Of a stretch of DNA of 64,000 bases, positions 1 to 9,011 are shown piece after piece. Positions within the stretch are counted from its first letter, which is position 1; each line of letters opens with the position of its first letter. The notes under the pieces were generated by a model. It worked only from the letters and a program-made list of their open reading frames with translations. It searched no databases and was not told where the DNA came from. The DNA is from Gemmatimonadota bacterium (GTDB taxonomy: Bacteria; Gemmatimonadota; Gemmatimonadetes; Gemmatimonadales; GWC2-71-9): assembly GCA_040002895.1 (NCBI GenBank), contig JBDUDP010000001.1, forward strand, positions 134,545-198,544, given 5' to 3'. The translations under genes and the position numbers were made by a program.

Positions 1-90
1 CGGGCACGGGCCGAGATCGCTGATTTGCGCCAGCGGATCGAGTCGGCCACGGTGGAAATGCGGATCGCCACGGCGGCACTCACGCGCTAG
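1..90 (+). CDS. 3' end of a gene truncated by the window edge (…RARAEIADLRQRIESATVEMRIATAALTR*)
   Basis: Frame 1 is open from base 1 to TAG at 88-90, convergent with the TIR gene 3 bp away. Helical-looking peptide, function unknown. Confidence 0.4.
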   Translation, partial: RARAEIADLRQRIESATVEMRIATAALTR

Positions 91-93
91 TGG

Positions 94-1578
94 CTATTGC
101 ATCTCGAACGGACTCTGGCCCAGCGTACGCTGTCCGTCATCGCACGCCGCGAGGTAACGGCCTGGCTGCCAGCTGCCCGGGGTGACGCGGCCGTAGCCTC
201 GGGCCGACCACGCCGACGTCCATCCCGGTTGGATGTCATAGGTGAGCGTCATGCGGCCAATTTCCTGACGCCGATCGCGCAGGATGCGACAGCTGAGCAG
301 TGCGTGGATCGGGCGACTGGGCGGGTCGAAGGCCACCGTCACTTCCACCCCGACGAATCCCGTGGTCGAGGCCGGGAAGGTGGTCTGTGTCTGCCGGTCG
401 GCCATTGGGGGAACCGAGGCACCCATGGCGAAGGTGCGAACATCGGAGACATGGGCTCGCATCTCGCGCCACGGTGACGCCTCGGCGAGCGGTGCTTGCG
501 CTGCGGGTGCCGCCCCTGATGCCGCGGGCGCATTCGTGACATCGAAGTAGCCTCGCCCAATTAGCTTGTCACCATAGCGACAATCGGCACGGTAGCGATC
601 AGGCTTCCAAAAGCCGCCACTGCTGCGGCCCCACCCCTGCGTGTGAACGGACGTGGTCCAGTTCGGCTGGATGGTTGCGTTGATCGTGATCGTGGTGATC
701 ACCTGGCCGCCTCGGGACGTGAGCGTACAGCCGATCGGGACGGTGATCTCGCGACCTGGCGCCTCGTAGCTCAGCGTCGCTTCCACGTCCACGAACCGTG
801 TCGTGCTGGCGACGAAGCTGGTGCGGTAGCTTCGCGCAGCGACGTCGGGAATCGCGGCGCCAGCTTCGAAGAATCGCAGTGTCCCGCTGGTCATCCCAAC
901 CGAAGACTGATTGTTGCCCGACCCGCTCACTTCCCGCACCGTGAACACGACGTCGCCAATCGCGTGAGGTCGACGGAGCCACAGAACCGTCGCGATCGCG
1001 ACGAAGAGGAGTGCACCACCGACGCGCATCAGGCGACGACGTCCAGCCGGCGTGGTCGGCAACCGGAAACCAGGGCGAGTTGGAGTCGCGGTTCCCGTGC
1101 GTCGCGGGGGGAGTCCTTGCGGGATCGGCCGCGGAGGTGCCGTGGGGGTTGGCGCTGATGTGGGATGACTTGCCAGAATGCTGGCAACCTGAGTGGCAAG
1201 TTGGGAAGTGTGTTCGGCCATGTTGGGCGTGAGCGCATCGAGCCAGTGGCGTGTCCGAAGGTGATACTCCATCGCGCCGTCCGGCATGACGTCCTCAATC
1301 CGGAACGGCACCACGATGGCCCCCTTGCGGATGGCGGCATCCACCTCATTGATGACGTGAGGAGATCGATTCGCGTGGGCGGAGAAGACCACCACCAGCA
1401 CGCGGCACCCGGCAATGCCCTCCATGATGGACTGAGCCCAAATCGCTCCGGGCTCGATGTCACGCGGCGCGATCCAGCAGCGGATTCCGGCGGACTCCAA
1501 GCCATGGAGGACCGCGAGGGCGGCCGGTTGGTCGTTGCTGGAGTAGGAGACGAAGACGTCGTGGGCCATGGATGCCAT
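94..1578 (-). CDS. Membrane-anchored TIR-domain protein: TIR - Pro-rich linker - TM - two tandem ~114-aa beta-rich domains
   Basis: N-terminus HDVFVSYSSND…GIRCWIAPRDI…SPHVINEVDAA…VVPFRIE is a typical bacterial TIR_2 with the putative catalytic Glu. TM helix VGGALLFVAIATVLWL. Internal duplication at 538-879 and 100-441. Start ATG is 1578 or 1569. Confidence 0.85.
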   Translation of the reverse strand: MASMAHDVFVSYSSNDQPAALAVLHGLESAGIRCWIAPRDIEPGAIWAQSIMEGIAGCRVLVVVFSAHANRSPHVINEVDAAIRKGAIVVPFRIEDVMPDGAMEYHLRTRHWLDALTPNMAEHTSQLATQVASILASHPTSAPTPTAPPRPIPQGLPPRRTGTATPTRPGFRLPTTPAGRRRLMRVGGALLFVAIATVLWLRRPHAIGDVVFTVREVSGSGNNQSSVGMTSGTLRFFEAGAAIPDVAARSYRTSFVASTTRFVDVEATLSYEAPGREITVPIGCTLTSRGGQVITTITINATIQPNWTTSVHTQGWGRSSGGFWKPDRYRADCRYGDKLIGRGYFDVTNAPAASGAAPAAQAPLAEASPWREMRAHVSDVRTFAMGASVPPMADRQTQTTFPASTTGFVGVEVTVAFDPPSRPIHALLSCRILRDRRQEIGRMTLTYDIQPGWTSAWSARGYGRVTPGSWQPGRYLAACDDGQRTLGQSPFEMQ

Positions 1579-1685
1579 GTGCTCGGGTTGGGTTGAAGTT
1601 GCGGCGCGCCGCGTGGTTGGGCAACTGGGACTTGCGGGTCGGGCTGCCAACAGCGATATCCGGAAGCCCGGACACGGACGAGCCC

Positions 1686-3596
1686 ATGCCGCTGGATGCA
1701 CCTCCACTCCCTCGCTGCACCTTCCAGGTCGCCATTGTCGGGCACCGGTGGGATCGGTTTCCGCGCTCGGCCGTGCCGCGGATCACGGACCAACTCACCC
1801 ATGCGCTTCGGGTGATAGAGAGGGAAGTCTTGCGCGCGCATCATGCCGCCGCGACCAGCTATTCAGCCGCGCCGCCGCGACTGACCCTGCTCAGCGGGCT
1901 GGCGGCCGGGGCAGACCAACTCACGGCCGCGCTCGCCGCCTCACGCTCCGACTGGTCCCTCCATGCCGTCCTGCCGTTCCCGCGAGAGCAGTACGCACGA
2001 GATTTCGACACCGATGCCGAGGCCGGCCGACAGTATGTCGAGCTGCTCGAGGCGGCGGCGGTCGTGACGGAACTGGACGGCCCCACCGTCGACGGAGGAA
2101 CAGGGGAGCGTCCCCATGATGCCTATGACGCCCTGGCGCAGGTCGTGGTCCATCAGGCCGATCTCATCGTAGCCGTGTGGGATGGACAACCGTCGCGCGG
2201 GACCGGTGGAACGGCGGCAGTGATCCGAGCAGCCCGTGCGGCGGATGTCCCGCTCCTGATCCTCGATCCCATGACGGTTCGTGAACCGGTGTTCGAGGAA
2301 CGACCCGAGGCACCGCCCGCGGAGTGGGAAACGGGAATGGCGCGCCAGATTGCGGCACTGCTCATCCCACCCGGCATCGAGCCAAGCGATCCTCATCACG
2401 TCGCGGACCTGCGCCATGCATACTTCGCGGAAGCGGCGCCCACGATACGGCGCGCCTCACTTTTCGATCTGGTGAGCTGTGTCCTCTTTCAGGGTCCCGA
2501 TGGTCTGGGTCGGATGGGCCGCGTTGCCAAAACGCTCCGCCGGGCTGTCCGTGGAGATCGATGGCCAGATCCGGTGTCCACGACCACTGCATCCTGGCGC
2601 GAAACGTGGCGCGGTGTGCCCGCCAGCCTGATTGAGGAAGTCGCCAGTCGCTTTGCGGTATCGCATGGATGGGCCGATGCCTTGGCTTCCCACTATGCCG
2701 CGCGCTTCCGTGCCTCCTATACCCGGGTGTTCGCCTTCGCATGGTTGGCCGTGGTGGCGGCATTTGTGGGGACGATTGCCGCGACCGTGGAGGCGACGGG
2801 GGGCGAGCAACGCGGACTCTCCTCCGTGCATGTCGTCGCCCTCGTGGTTGAGGCGCTTGTGCTCGTGGTGGTGTTCGCGAATGTGGTCATCGGCCAGCGC
2901 CGGCGATATCACGAGCGCTGGATGGAGTATCGAGCACTGGCCGAGCGTGTGCGGCATCTCGCGATCCTATGGCCGTTGGGTCGCACGACACCGATCGTGC
3001 ACCTGCCGCCGAAGCGTTGGGCGGGAGATCCGCGGACCAGTTGGCTGGGGTGGTACTTGCGCTGCGTCGCACGGGAGGCCGGCCTGATCAGCGGTCCGTT
3101 CGATGGAGCCGCGATCGCAGCGAGGCGCGGGCTGTTGCGAGACGGGGAGCTCGAGCGACAGCGGCAGTTCCATTCGCAGGCGCGCAACCGCGGGTTCGCG
3201 ATCGTCCATCCCCTTGAACGTTGCGCGACCGCGATTTTCCTCCTGGCACTCCTGCTTGCGCTCGGCAATCTCGTGCACGCGCCAGATCAACTGCTGCAGG
3301 CGTGGCTCCCCTCGGCAACGGCGCGCGTGGCCCTGCTCGGCGGACTCGGTATCGCCCTCCCGGCGCTGGCCTCCGGTATCCACGGCTTCCTCGCCACCAG
3401 CGATCTCGAGAGCATCGCGAGCCGTTCGGCCGGTGTGGCACCGAGACTCGAGGAACTCATCTGGCGGCTCGATCATCTGGATCGAGTCGATAGCATCGCA
3501 ATCGGGGAGATCGCCCTCGACGCCGCCCGCGTCATGGAGGGAGAACTGGGTACCTGGCGGGCCGTGAGTGCCGCCCACCGCCTGCAGCCCGTCTGA
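1686..3596 (+). CDS. SLOG-superfamily (YspA/DprA/LOG-like) domain fused to a four-TM SLATT-like region
   Basis: Motifs VAIVGHR, LLSGLAAGADQL, AVLPF and DLIVAVWDGQPSRGTGGTAAVIRAAR match the SLOG fold. They are followed by four hydrophobic helices with RWMEYRALAERVR and a terminal VMEGELGTW typical of SLATT/DUF4231-type modules. Start ATG 1686 chosen to avoid overlap with the divergent gene. Confidence 0.75.
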   Translation: MPLDAPPLPRCTFQVAIVGHRWDRFPRSAVPRITDQLTHALRVIEREVLRAHHAAATSYSAAPPRLTLLSGLAAGADQLTAALAASRSDWSLHAVLPFPREQYARDFDTDAEAGRQYVELLEAAAVVTELDGPTVDGGTGERPHDAYDALAQVVVHQADLIVAVWDGQPSRGTGGTAAVIRAARAADVPLLILDPMTVREPVFEERPEAPPAEWETGMARQIAALLIPPGIEPSDPHHVADLRHAYFAEAAPTIRRASLFDLVSCVLFQGPDGLGRMGRVAKTLRRAVRGDRWPDPVSTTTASWRETWRGVPASLIEEVASRFAVSHGWADALASHYAARFRASYTRVFAFAWLAVVAAFVGTIAATVEATGGEQRGLSSVHVVALVVEALVLVVVFANVVIGQRRRYHERWMEYRALAERVRHLAILWPLGRTTPIVHLPPKRWAGDPRTSWLGWYLRCVAREAGLISGPFDGAAIAARRGLLRDGELERQRQFHSQARNRGFAIVHPLERCATAIFLLALLLALGNLVHAPDQLLQAWLPSATARVALLGGLGIALPALASGIHGFLATSDLESIASRSAGVAPRLEELIWRLDHLDRVDSIAIGEIALDAARVMEGELGTWRAVSAAHRLQPV

Positions 3597-3674
3597 TCCT
3601 CTTCGGCGTGCTCCTTGCACTCCAGCGAAAGCGTTCCCGGCTTGTCCCTGTCACCTGAGAGTGCTGGAGTCCCG

Positions 3675-4775
3675 ATGGCCCTGCTCGACACCTTCAACGC
3701 CATCCTGAAAAAGGCCAAGGAACTGCAGGCCTCGGACGTACATCTCTCCGCAGGCGCCCCTTTCCGCATGCGGATCCGAGGGGAGGTCGTCGCCGTGGCT
3801 GGCCTCCCGGCCCTCACCCCCGCCGACACCTCGGCGATCGCAGGCGAGATCCTCGTGAACGCGCGAAAGGCCTCGGCCGCGACGATTGAGGGTCAATTGC
3901 GAGATCTCCGGGATCTCGACTGTTCATATTCTGTACAGGGGGTTGGGCGGTTCAGGGTCAATATCTGCTCCCAGCGCGGGTCCCTGTCGGTGGTGTTGCG
4001 CAGCATCGCGGACGTGCTCCCCACTTTCGAGGAGCTGGGGCTCCCTCCAGTGCTGAGTCAGATCGCCATGGAGGAGCGTGGCTTGGTGCTGCTCACCGGC
4101 ACCACCGGCAGTGGCAAGTCCTCCACCCTCGCCGCGATGGTCTCGTATGTGAACAATCAGCGGGCGGGCAAGATCGTCACGATCGAGGATCCGATCGAGT
4201 TTCTGCACAAGGATGTACGCAGCAATGTGATCCAGCGCGAGATCGGCACCGATACCGAGAGCTTCGAGGCGGCGCTCCGCGCGGCGTTGCGGCAGGACCC
4301 CGACATCATCCTCGTGGGCGAGATGCGCGACCGCGCCACCATCGACGTCGCCCTCAAGGCCGCGGAGACTGGCCATATGGTGTTCAGCACGGTGCACACG
4401 ACGGATGCCCAGCGCACCATCGCGCGGCTGGTCTCGGTCTTCGATCCTTCCGAGCAGACCGGTGCGCGGCTCCGGCTTGCCGAGTCATTGAAGGCCGTGA
4501 TTTCACAGCGCCTGTTGCCGCGGGCGGATGGGCAGGGCCGGGTGGTGGCGGTCGAGGTGATGCGCAACACGCCCACGATGGCCGAGTGCGTGGCGAACCC
4601 CGACAAGACGGCCGAAATTCGCGATCACATCTCGGCCGGTCGCACCCAGTACGGCATGCAGACTTTCGACCAGCATCTCATGGAGCTCTACAGCAAGCAG
4701 CTGATCAGTCTGGAGGTGGCGAAATCGGCGGCGACGTCCCCAGCCGACTTCGAACGCAACCTGCAGTTCCAATAA
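3675..4775 (+). CDS. pilT: PilT/PilU-family type IV pilus retraction ATPase
   Basis: ASDVHLS, Walker A GTTGSGKS, TIEDPIE, LRQDPDIILVGEMRD, His box GHMVFSTVHT, GMQTFDQ. GGAG lies upstream of ATG 3675. Confidence 0.9.
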   Translation: MALLDTFNAILKKAKELQASDVHLSAGAPFRMRIRGEVVAVAGLPALTPADTSAIAGEILVNARKASAATIEGQLRDLRDLDCSYSVQGVGRFRVNICSQRGSLSVVLRSIADVLPTFEELGLPPVLSQIAMEERGLVLLTGTTGSGKSSTLAAMVSYVNNQRAGKIVTIEDPIEFLHKDVRSNVIQREIGTDTESFEAALRAALRQDPDIILVGEMRDRATIDVALKAAETGHMVFSTVHTTDAQRTIARLVSVFDPSEQTGARLRLAESLKAVISQRLLPRADGQGRVVAVEVMRNTPTMAECVANPDKTAEIRDHISAGRTQYGMQTFDQHLMELYSKQLISLEVAKSAATSPADFERNLQFQ

Positions 4776-4782
4776 CAGTAGG

Positions 4783-4882
4783 GAAATGAGAGAAGAGAGA
4801 GGAGAGAAGCGAGAAGAGCCAGCAGTGTGGACCTCCCCTCTCATTTCCCCTCTCTCTTCTCTCCTCTCTCTTCTCTCATTTC
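4783..4882. repeat. 32-bp inverted repeat built from GAGARGA-like heptamers; probable bidirectional terminator
   Basis: Left arm gaaatgagagaagagagaggagagaagcgaga (4783-4814) and right arm 4851-4882 are reverse complements with one mismatch. It lies between convergent pilT and dcd. Confidence 0.8.
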
Positions 4883-4885
4883 TCT

Positions 4886-5446
4886 CTAAAGTTTCGGTAG
4901 CGTCACGCCCCGCTGTTTCTGGTACTTCCCTTTCTTGTCCGCATAGCTGGTCTCGCAGATGTCGTCGTCGTCGGCCTCAAAAAACAGCACCTGACAGATC
5001 CCCTCGTTGGCGTAGATCCGCGCTGGCAGGGGGGTCGTATTGCTGATCTCCAGCGTCACGTGCCCTTCCCACTCGGGCTCGAAGGGAGTGACGTTGGTGA
5101 TGATGCCACAGCGGGCGTAGGTCGACTTGCCGACACAGATGGTGAGGACGTTTCGGGGGATCCGGAAGTATTCAACCGACCGGGCCAGGGCGAAGGAGTT
5201 GGGGGGAACGACGCAGACGTCGCCCTGCCACTCCACGAAGCTCTTGTCGTCGAAGTTCTTGGGGTCGACCACCGCGGAGAGCACATTGGTGAAGATCCGG
5301 AACTCGTCGGCGACCCGCATGTCGTAGCCATAGGAGGAGACGCCGTAGGAGATTCCGCCCGAGCGCACCTGCTGGTCGGTGAAGGGTTCGATCATCCCAT
5401 GTTCTCGGGCCATGCGGCGAATCCAGCGGTCAGACTTGATGGACAT
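4886..5446 (-). CDS. dcd: dCTP deaminase
   Basis: [51 protein letters not shown]. Confidence 0.95.
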   Translation of the reverse strand: MSIKSDRWIRRMAREHGMIEPFTDQQVRSGGISYGVSSYGYDMRVADEFRIFTNVLSAVVDPKNFDDKSFVEWQGDVCVVPPNSFALARSVEYFRIPRNVLTICVGKSTYARCGIITNVTPFEPEWEGHVTLEISNTTPLPARIYANEGICQVLFFEADDDDICETSYADKKGKYQKQRGVTLPKL

Positions 5447-5545
5447 GCGGTGCCTGCCTGGGGGGTGGGAGGGAGAGCCGTGGGTCGGCGGGTCGGCGGG
5501 GGAATATACGGGCCTGCCCCGTCCGGGGAGAACCGCCGGAGTCAG

Positions 5546-5574
5546 TTGAATTAGCCACCGGGAGCCGGTAGGTT
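5546..5574 (+). promoter_or_regulatory. Putative sigma70 promoter of the nuo operon
   Basis: TTGAAT (5546-5551) - 17 nt - TAGGTT (5569-5574). Confidence 0.55.
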
Positions 5575-5583
5575 TAGGGACGG

Positions 5584-5601
5584 TTGTGAAAGTTTTCACG
5601 A
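5584..5601. promoter_or_regulatory. Rex-type operator
   Basis: TTGTGAA-AGTT-TTCACGA versus Rex consensus TTGTGAA-N4-TTCACAA (1 mismatch), located between the -10 element and the nuoA RBS. Confidence 0.7.
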
Positions 5602-5614
5602 GGCGGAGTCGCGC

Positions 5615-5980
5615 ATGCTCCAAGCGTACGTCCCCATCGTCCTGTTGTTCCTCTTCGTCGTGGCCAATGCCATCCTGATCCTGGTCGTGTCGGGGCTGCT
5701 CTCAGCCCATCGGCCGACGGCGGTGAAGCTGGCCGCGTACGAATCCGGCATGCCGGTCATCGGGGACGCGCGGGAGCGCTTTTCGGTCAAGTTCTACCTC
5801 GTTGCCATGTTGTTCATCATCTTCGACATCGAGACCATCTTCATGATTCCCTGGGCCGTCGCATTCCAGCAGTTGCGCGGCATGGCCGGGGTACTCTTTC
5901 TCGAAATGTTGACCTTCGTGCTGATCCTGGCTGTGGGGTACGTGTACATCTGGAAGCGGGGAGCGCTGCAATGGGATTGA
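5615..5980 (+). CDS. nuoA: NADH-quinone oxidoreductase subunit A
   Basis: [30 protein letters not shown]. Confidence 0.95.
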   Translation: MLQAYVPIVLLFLFVVANAILILVVSGLLSAHRPTAVKLAAYESGMPVIGDARERFSVKFYLVAMLFIIFDIETIFMIPWAVAFQQLRGMAGVLFLEMLTFVLILAVGYVYIWKRGALQWD

Positions 5981-6597
5981 CGGTGCCGCCGGGTGCTGGG
6001 GAGTTGCAGGAGCCGGTCTACGACACGGTGTCGCCGAACTGGGTGACCACCCGGCTGGATTTTCTGGCCAACTGGTCGCGCGCCAACTCGCTCTGGCCCA
6101 TGCCCTTCGGGACGGCCTGCTGCGCCATCGAGTTCATGGCGACGGCCGCCTCCCGCTTCGACATCGCGCGCTTCGGGATGGAGCGGATGAGCTTCTCACC
6201 GCGCCAAGCCGACGTGCTGATCTGCGCCGGGCGGCTCCCCTTCAAGCTTGCGCCGGTCATTCGCCGGGTCTGGGACCAGATGCCCCAGCCAAAGTGGGCG
6301 ATCTCGATGGGGGCCTGCGCCTCATCCGGCGGCATCTTCGACACCTACAGCATGGTGCAGGGGATCGATACCATCATCCCTGTCGACGTCTATGTGCCGG
6401 GCTGCCCGCCGCGCCCGGAGGGGCTGCTCTACGCGATCCTCCTGTTGCAAAAGAAGATTCGTGGGGAATCGCTGGCCGATCCGACCCTTCGAGTGGAACA
6501 TCTGGTTGGCCCAGATGGCCTCTTCCGGCGCCCCGAGGAGATCGACGAAGTCTCCGAGCCGTTCGGCAATTCCGTCCACCAGACGAGATCCGCGTGA
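5971..6597 (+). CDS. nuoB: NADH-quinone oxidoreductase subunit B
   Basis: [32 protein letters not shown]. Confidence 0.95.
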   Translation: MGLTVPPGAGELQEPVYDTVSPNWVTTRLDFLANWSRANSLWPMPFGTACCAIEFMATAASRFDIARFGMERMSFSPRQADVLICAGRLPFKLAPVIRRVWDQMPQPKWAISMGACASSGGIFDTYSMVQGIDTIIPVDVYVPGCPPRPEGLLYAILLLQKKIRGESLADPTLRVEHLVGPDGLFRRPEEIDEVSEPFGNSVHQTRSA

Positions 6598-7232
6598 ACG
6601 AGTCGGTCACCGCCGCCGATGACGCGGCGGCCAGCGTGGCCGCGCTCCAGGCACGATTCTCGGATGGCGTGGTGCGCCATCGGCTCGTGAACGGGCAGCA
6701 CGTGGTTCATCTGGCACCGGGGACGGCCAAAGCGGCCCTCGCCTGGCTGCAGGTCGACCCGGCCCAGCGCTTCAATTACCTCACCGATATCACCTGTGTG
6801 GAATACCGCGACCCGGAGCTGGAACTCGAGGTCGTCTACCAGCTGCGCTCGCTGTCGCGGCGCGTCGACCTGCGCGCAAAGATCGGCCTCGATCCCGAGG
6901 GCCCGCTATCCGTCGAGACCGTGACCGACCTGTGGAAGGGTGCGGAGTGGCTCGAGCGTGAGGTGTGGGACATGTTCGGGGTGGTGTTCCGGGGCCACGG
7001 CGACCTGCGCCGGATCCTGATGTGGGAGACCTACGCCGAGGGTCACCCACTGCGGAAGTCCTTCCCGCTGCGGGGGCACTGGTCGCGCGCGGAGCAGACG
7101 CGCCAGGCGCTGGATGCCAACCCCGAGGCGCACTATTCGCTCGAGGAGCTGTCGATCGCCGAGGCCTACCGCGAACTCCCGAAGGACGTGCAGGCGCGCC
7201 TCGCGGAGAGCGGCCGGGGGCCACTGCCATGA
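6594..7232 (+). CDS. nuoC: NADH-quinone oxidoreductase subunit C
   Basis: [32 protein letters not shown] start overlaps the nuoB stop. Confidence 0.93.
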   Translation: MNESVTAADDAAASVAALQARFSDGVVRHRLVNGQHVVHLAPGTAKAALAWLQVDPAQRFNYLTDITCVEYRDPELELEVVYQLRSLSRRVDLRAKIGLDPEGPLSVETVTDLWKGAEWLEREVWDMFGVVFRGHGDLRRILMWETYAEGHPLRKSFPLRGHWSRAEQTRQALDANPEAHYSLEELSIAEAYRELPKDVQARLAESGRGPLP

Positions 7233-8515
7233 CGCCACGCACCATCGAGATGCAGCTGTCGACGCCGACCCTCGATGCCTCGGGTCAGGTCCGCACCGTG
7301 CCGCTCGGCATCGCGCGCCGCCCGAGCGAATCGGTGCACGACGACTTCGGCGCCGATCACATGCTGGTGAACATCGGGCCCCAGCATCCCGCCACCCACG
7401 GCGTGCTGCGGTTGGTGGTCGAGCTGGAGGGTGAGACCGTCAAGCGGGTCATTCCGCACATCGGGTATCTCCACTCCGGCTTCGAGAAGTTGGGCGAATA
7501 TCGACACTACAACCAGATCATTCCGCTCACCGATCGCACCGACTACCTCGCGCCCATGGCCAACAACGTGGCCTTCGCCATGGCGGCCGAGGCCCTGATG
7601 GGCATCGAAATCACCGAACGCTGCCGACTGCTGCGGGTCATTGCCTGCGAGATGAGCCGGATCATCTCCCACCTCGTCTGGGCGGGCACCACCGGCATCG
7701 ACCTCGGCGCCTTCACGCCGTTCCTCTGGATGTTCGAGGAGCGCGAGCGGATCTACAACTTGCAGGAATCGTGGACCGGCGCCCGACTGACGACCTCGGT
7801 TTCGCGGGTCGGCGGGATGATGGCCGACACCCCCGAGGGGTGGGAGGAGGGACTGCGCGACTTCACTCGCACCTTCCCCAAGGTGCTGCGCGAGGTCGAC
7901 ACGATGTTCACCCGCAACGCGATCTGGTGCGGCCGGACGCAGGACGTCGGCGTGATCTCGGCCGAAGAGGCGATCAACTACTCGCTGTCGGGGCCGATGC
8001 TGCGCGCGAGCGGCGTCGACTATGACGTCCGCAAGGATCGCCCCTACCTCGGCTACGACGAGTTCGACTTCGACGTCCCGGTGGGCGAACACGGCGACAT
8101 CTACGATCGCTACCGCGTGCGGCTCGAGGAGATGTTCCAGTCGGTCCGCATCCTGGAGCAGGCGCTGGATCGCCTCGAACCGGGTCCGATCAACGTCAGC
8201 GACCCTCGCGTGATCCTTCCGCCCAAGTCCCAGGCGATGAGCGAGATGGAGGCGATGATCTTCCATTTCAAGCAGGTGATGGAAGGCATCACGCCGCCGG
8301 CGGGCGAGGCGTATGTCGGCGTGGAGAATCCCAAGGGAGAACTGGGTTACTATCTCGTCTCCGACGGCACGGCCAAGCCGGTGCGCTGGCGGATCCGCCC
8401 GCCCTCATTCCTCAACCTTGCCGCACTGCCGAAGTTGTGCGAGGGAGCCATGTTGTCCGACGTGATCGCCATCAATGCCAGCGTGGATATCGTGATGGGA
8501 GAGATCGACCGGTGA
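7229..8515 (+). CDS. nuoD: NADH-quinone oxidoreductase subunit D
   Basis: NIGPQHPATHGVLRL, IGYLH, ENPKGELG, DIVMGEIDR. Confidence 0.95.
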   Translation: MTPRTIEMQLSTPTLDASGQVRTVPLGIARRPSESVHDDFGADHMLVNIGPQHPATHGVLRLVVELEGETVKRVIPHIGYLHSGFEKLGEYRHYNQIIPLTDRTDYLAPMANNVAFAMAAEALMGIEITERCRLLRVIACEMSRIISHLVWAGTTGIDLGAFTPFLWMFEERERIYNLQESWTGARLTTSVSRVGGMMADTPEGWEEGLRDFTRTFPKVLREVDTMFTRNAIWCGRTQDVGVISAEEAINYSLSGPMLRASGVDYDVRKDRPYLGYDEFDFDVPVGEHGDIYDRYRVRLEEMFQSVRILEQALDRLEPGPINVSDPRVILPPKSQAMSEMEAMIFHFKQVMEGITPPAGEAYVGVENPKGELGYYLVSDGTAKPVRWRIRPPSFLNLAALPKLCEGAMLSDVIAINASVDIVMGEIDR

Positions 8516-9011
8516 GTTCGCACGCCGCTGAACCGCACACGCCCGTCTTCGTCGGCGCCGCCCTCGCCCAATTGGAGGCGCTGGCGCCCAAGTACCCCAC
8601 CCGGATGGCGCTGCTGCTGCCCGCCCTGTGGATCGTGCAGCAGGAGCGGGGCTGGGTCTCCGACGGCGCGATTCACGAGGTCGCCGAGCAGCTGGAGCTG
8701 ACCCCCGCCTACGTGCGCGGAGTGATCACCTTCTACACCATGTACCACACCCACCCGGTGGGACGCCACTTCATCCAGGTCTGCACCACCTCACCATGCA
8801 ATCTCTGCGGTGCGGAAGATGTTGCCCGGGCGCTGCTGGAACACACCGGCTGTGGCGAACTCGGCGCGACCTCACCCGACGGTCGCTTCACGGTCGTGGA
8901 GGCCGAGTGCCTTGGAGGCTGCGGCTTCACCACGCCGCTGCTGATTGACGACGACTTCATCGAAGGGGTCACCGTCGCCACGGTGCCGGCCGTGCTCGAG
9001 CGCTACAGCTG

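Noticed and set aside
1572-1707. Overlapping N-terminal extensions of the TIR (from 1707) and SLOG (from 1572) ORFs
   Set aside because: They would overlap head-to-head and encode low-complexity peptide; domain homology begins at the downstream ATGs.
4783-4882. CRISPR array or IS terminal repeats
   Set aside because: No repeat-spacer periodicity, no cas or transposase gene, and no evident target duplication.
4786-5046. 86-aa ORF MREERGEKREE…
   Set aside because: It is a translation of the heptamer inverted repeat and overlaps dcd in antisense.
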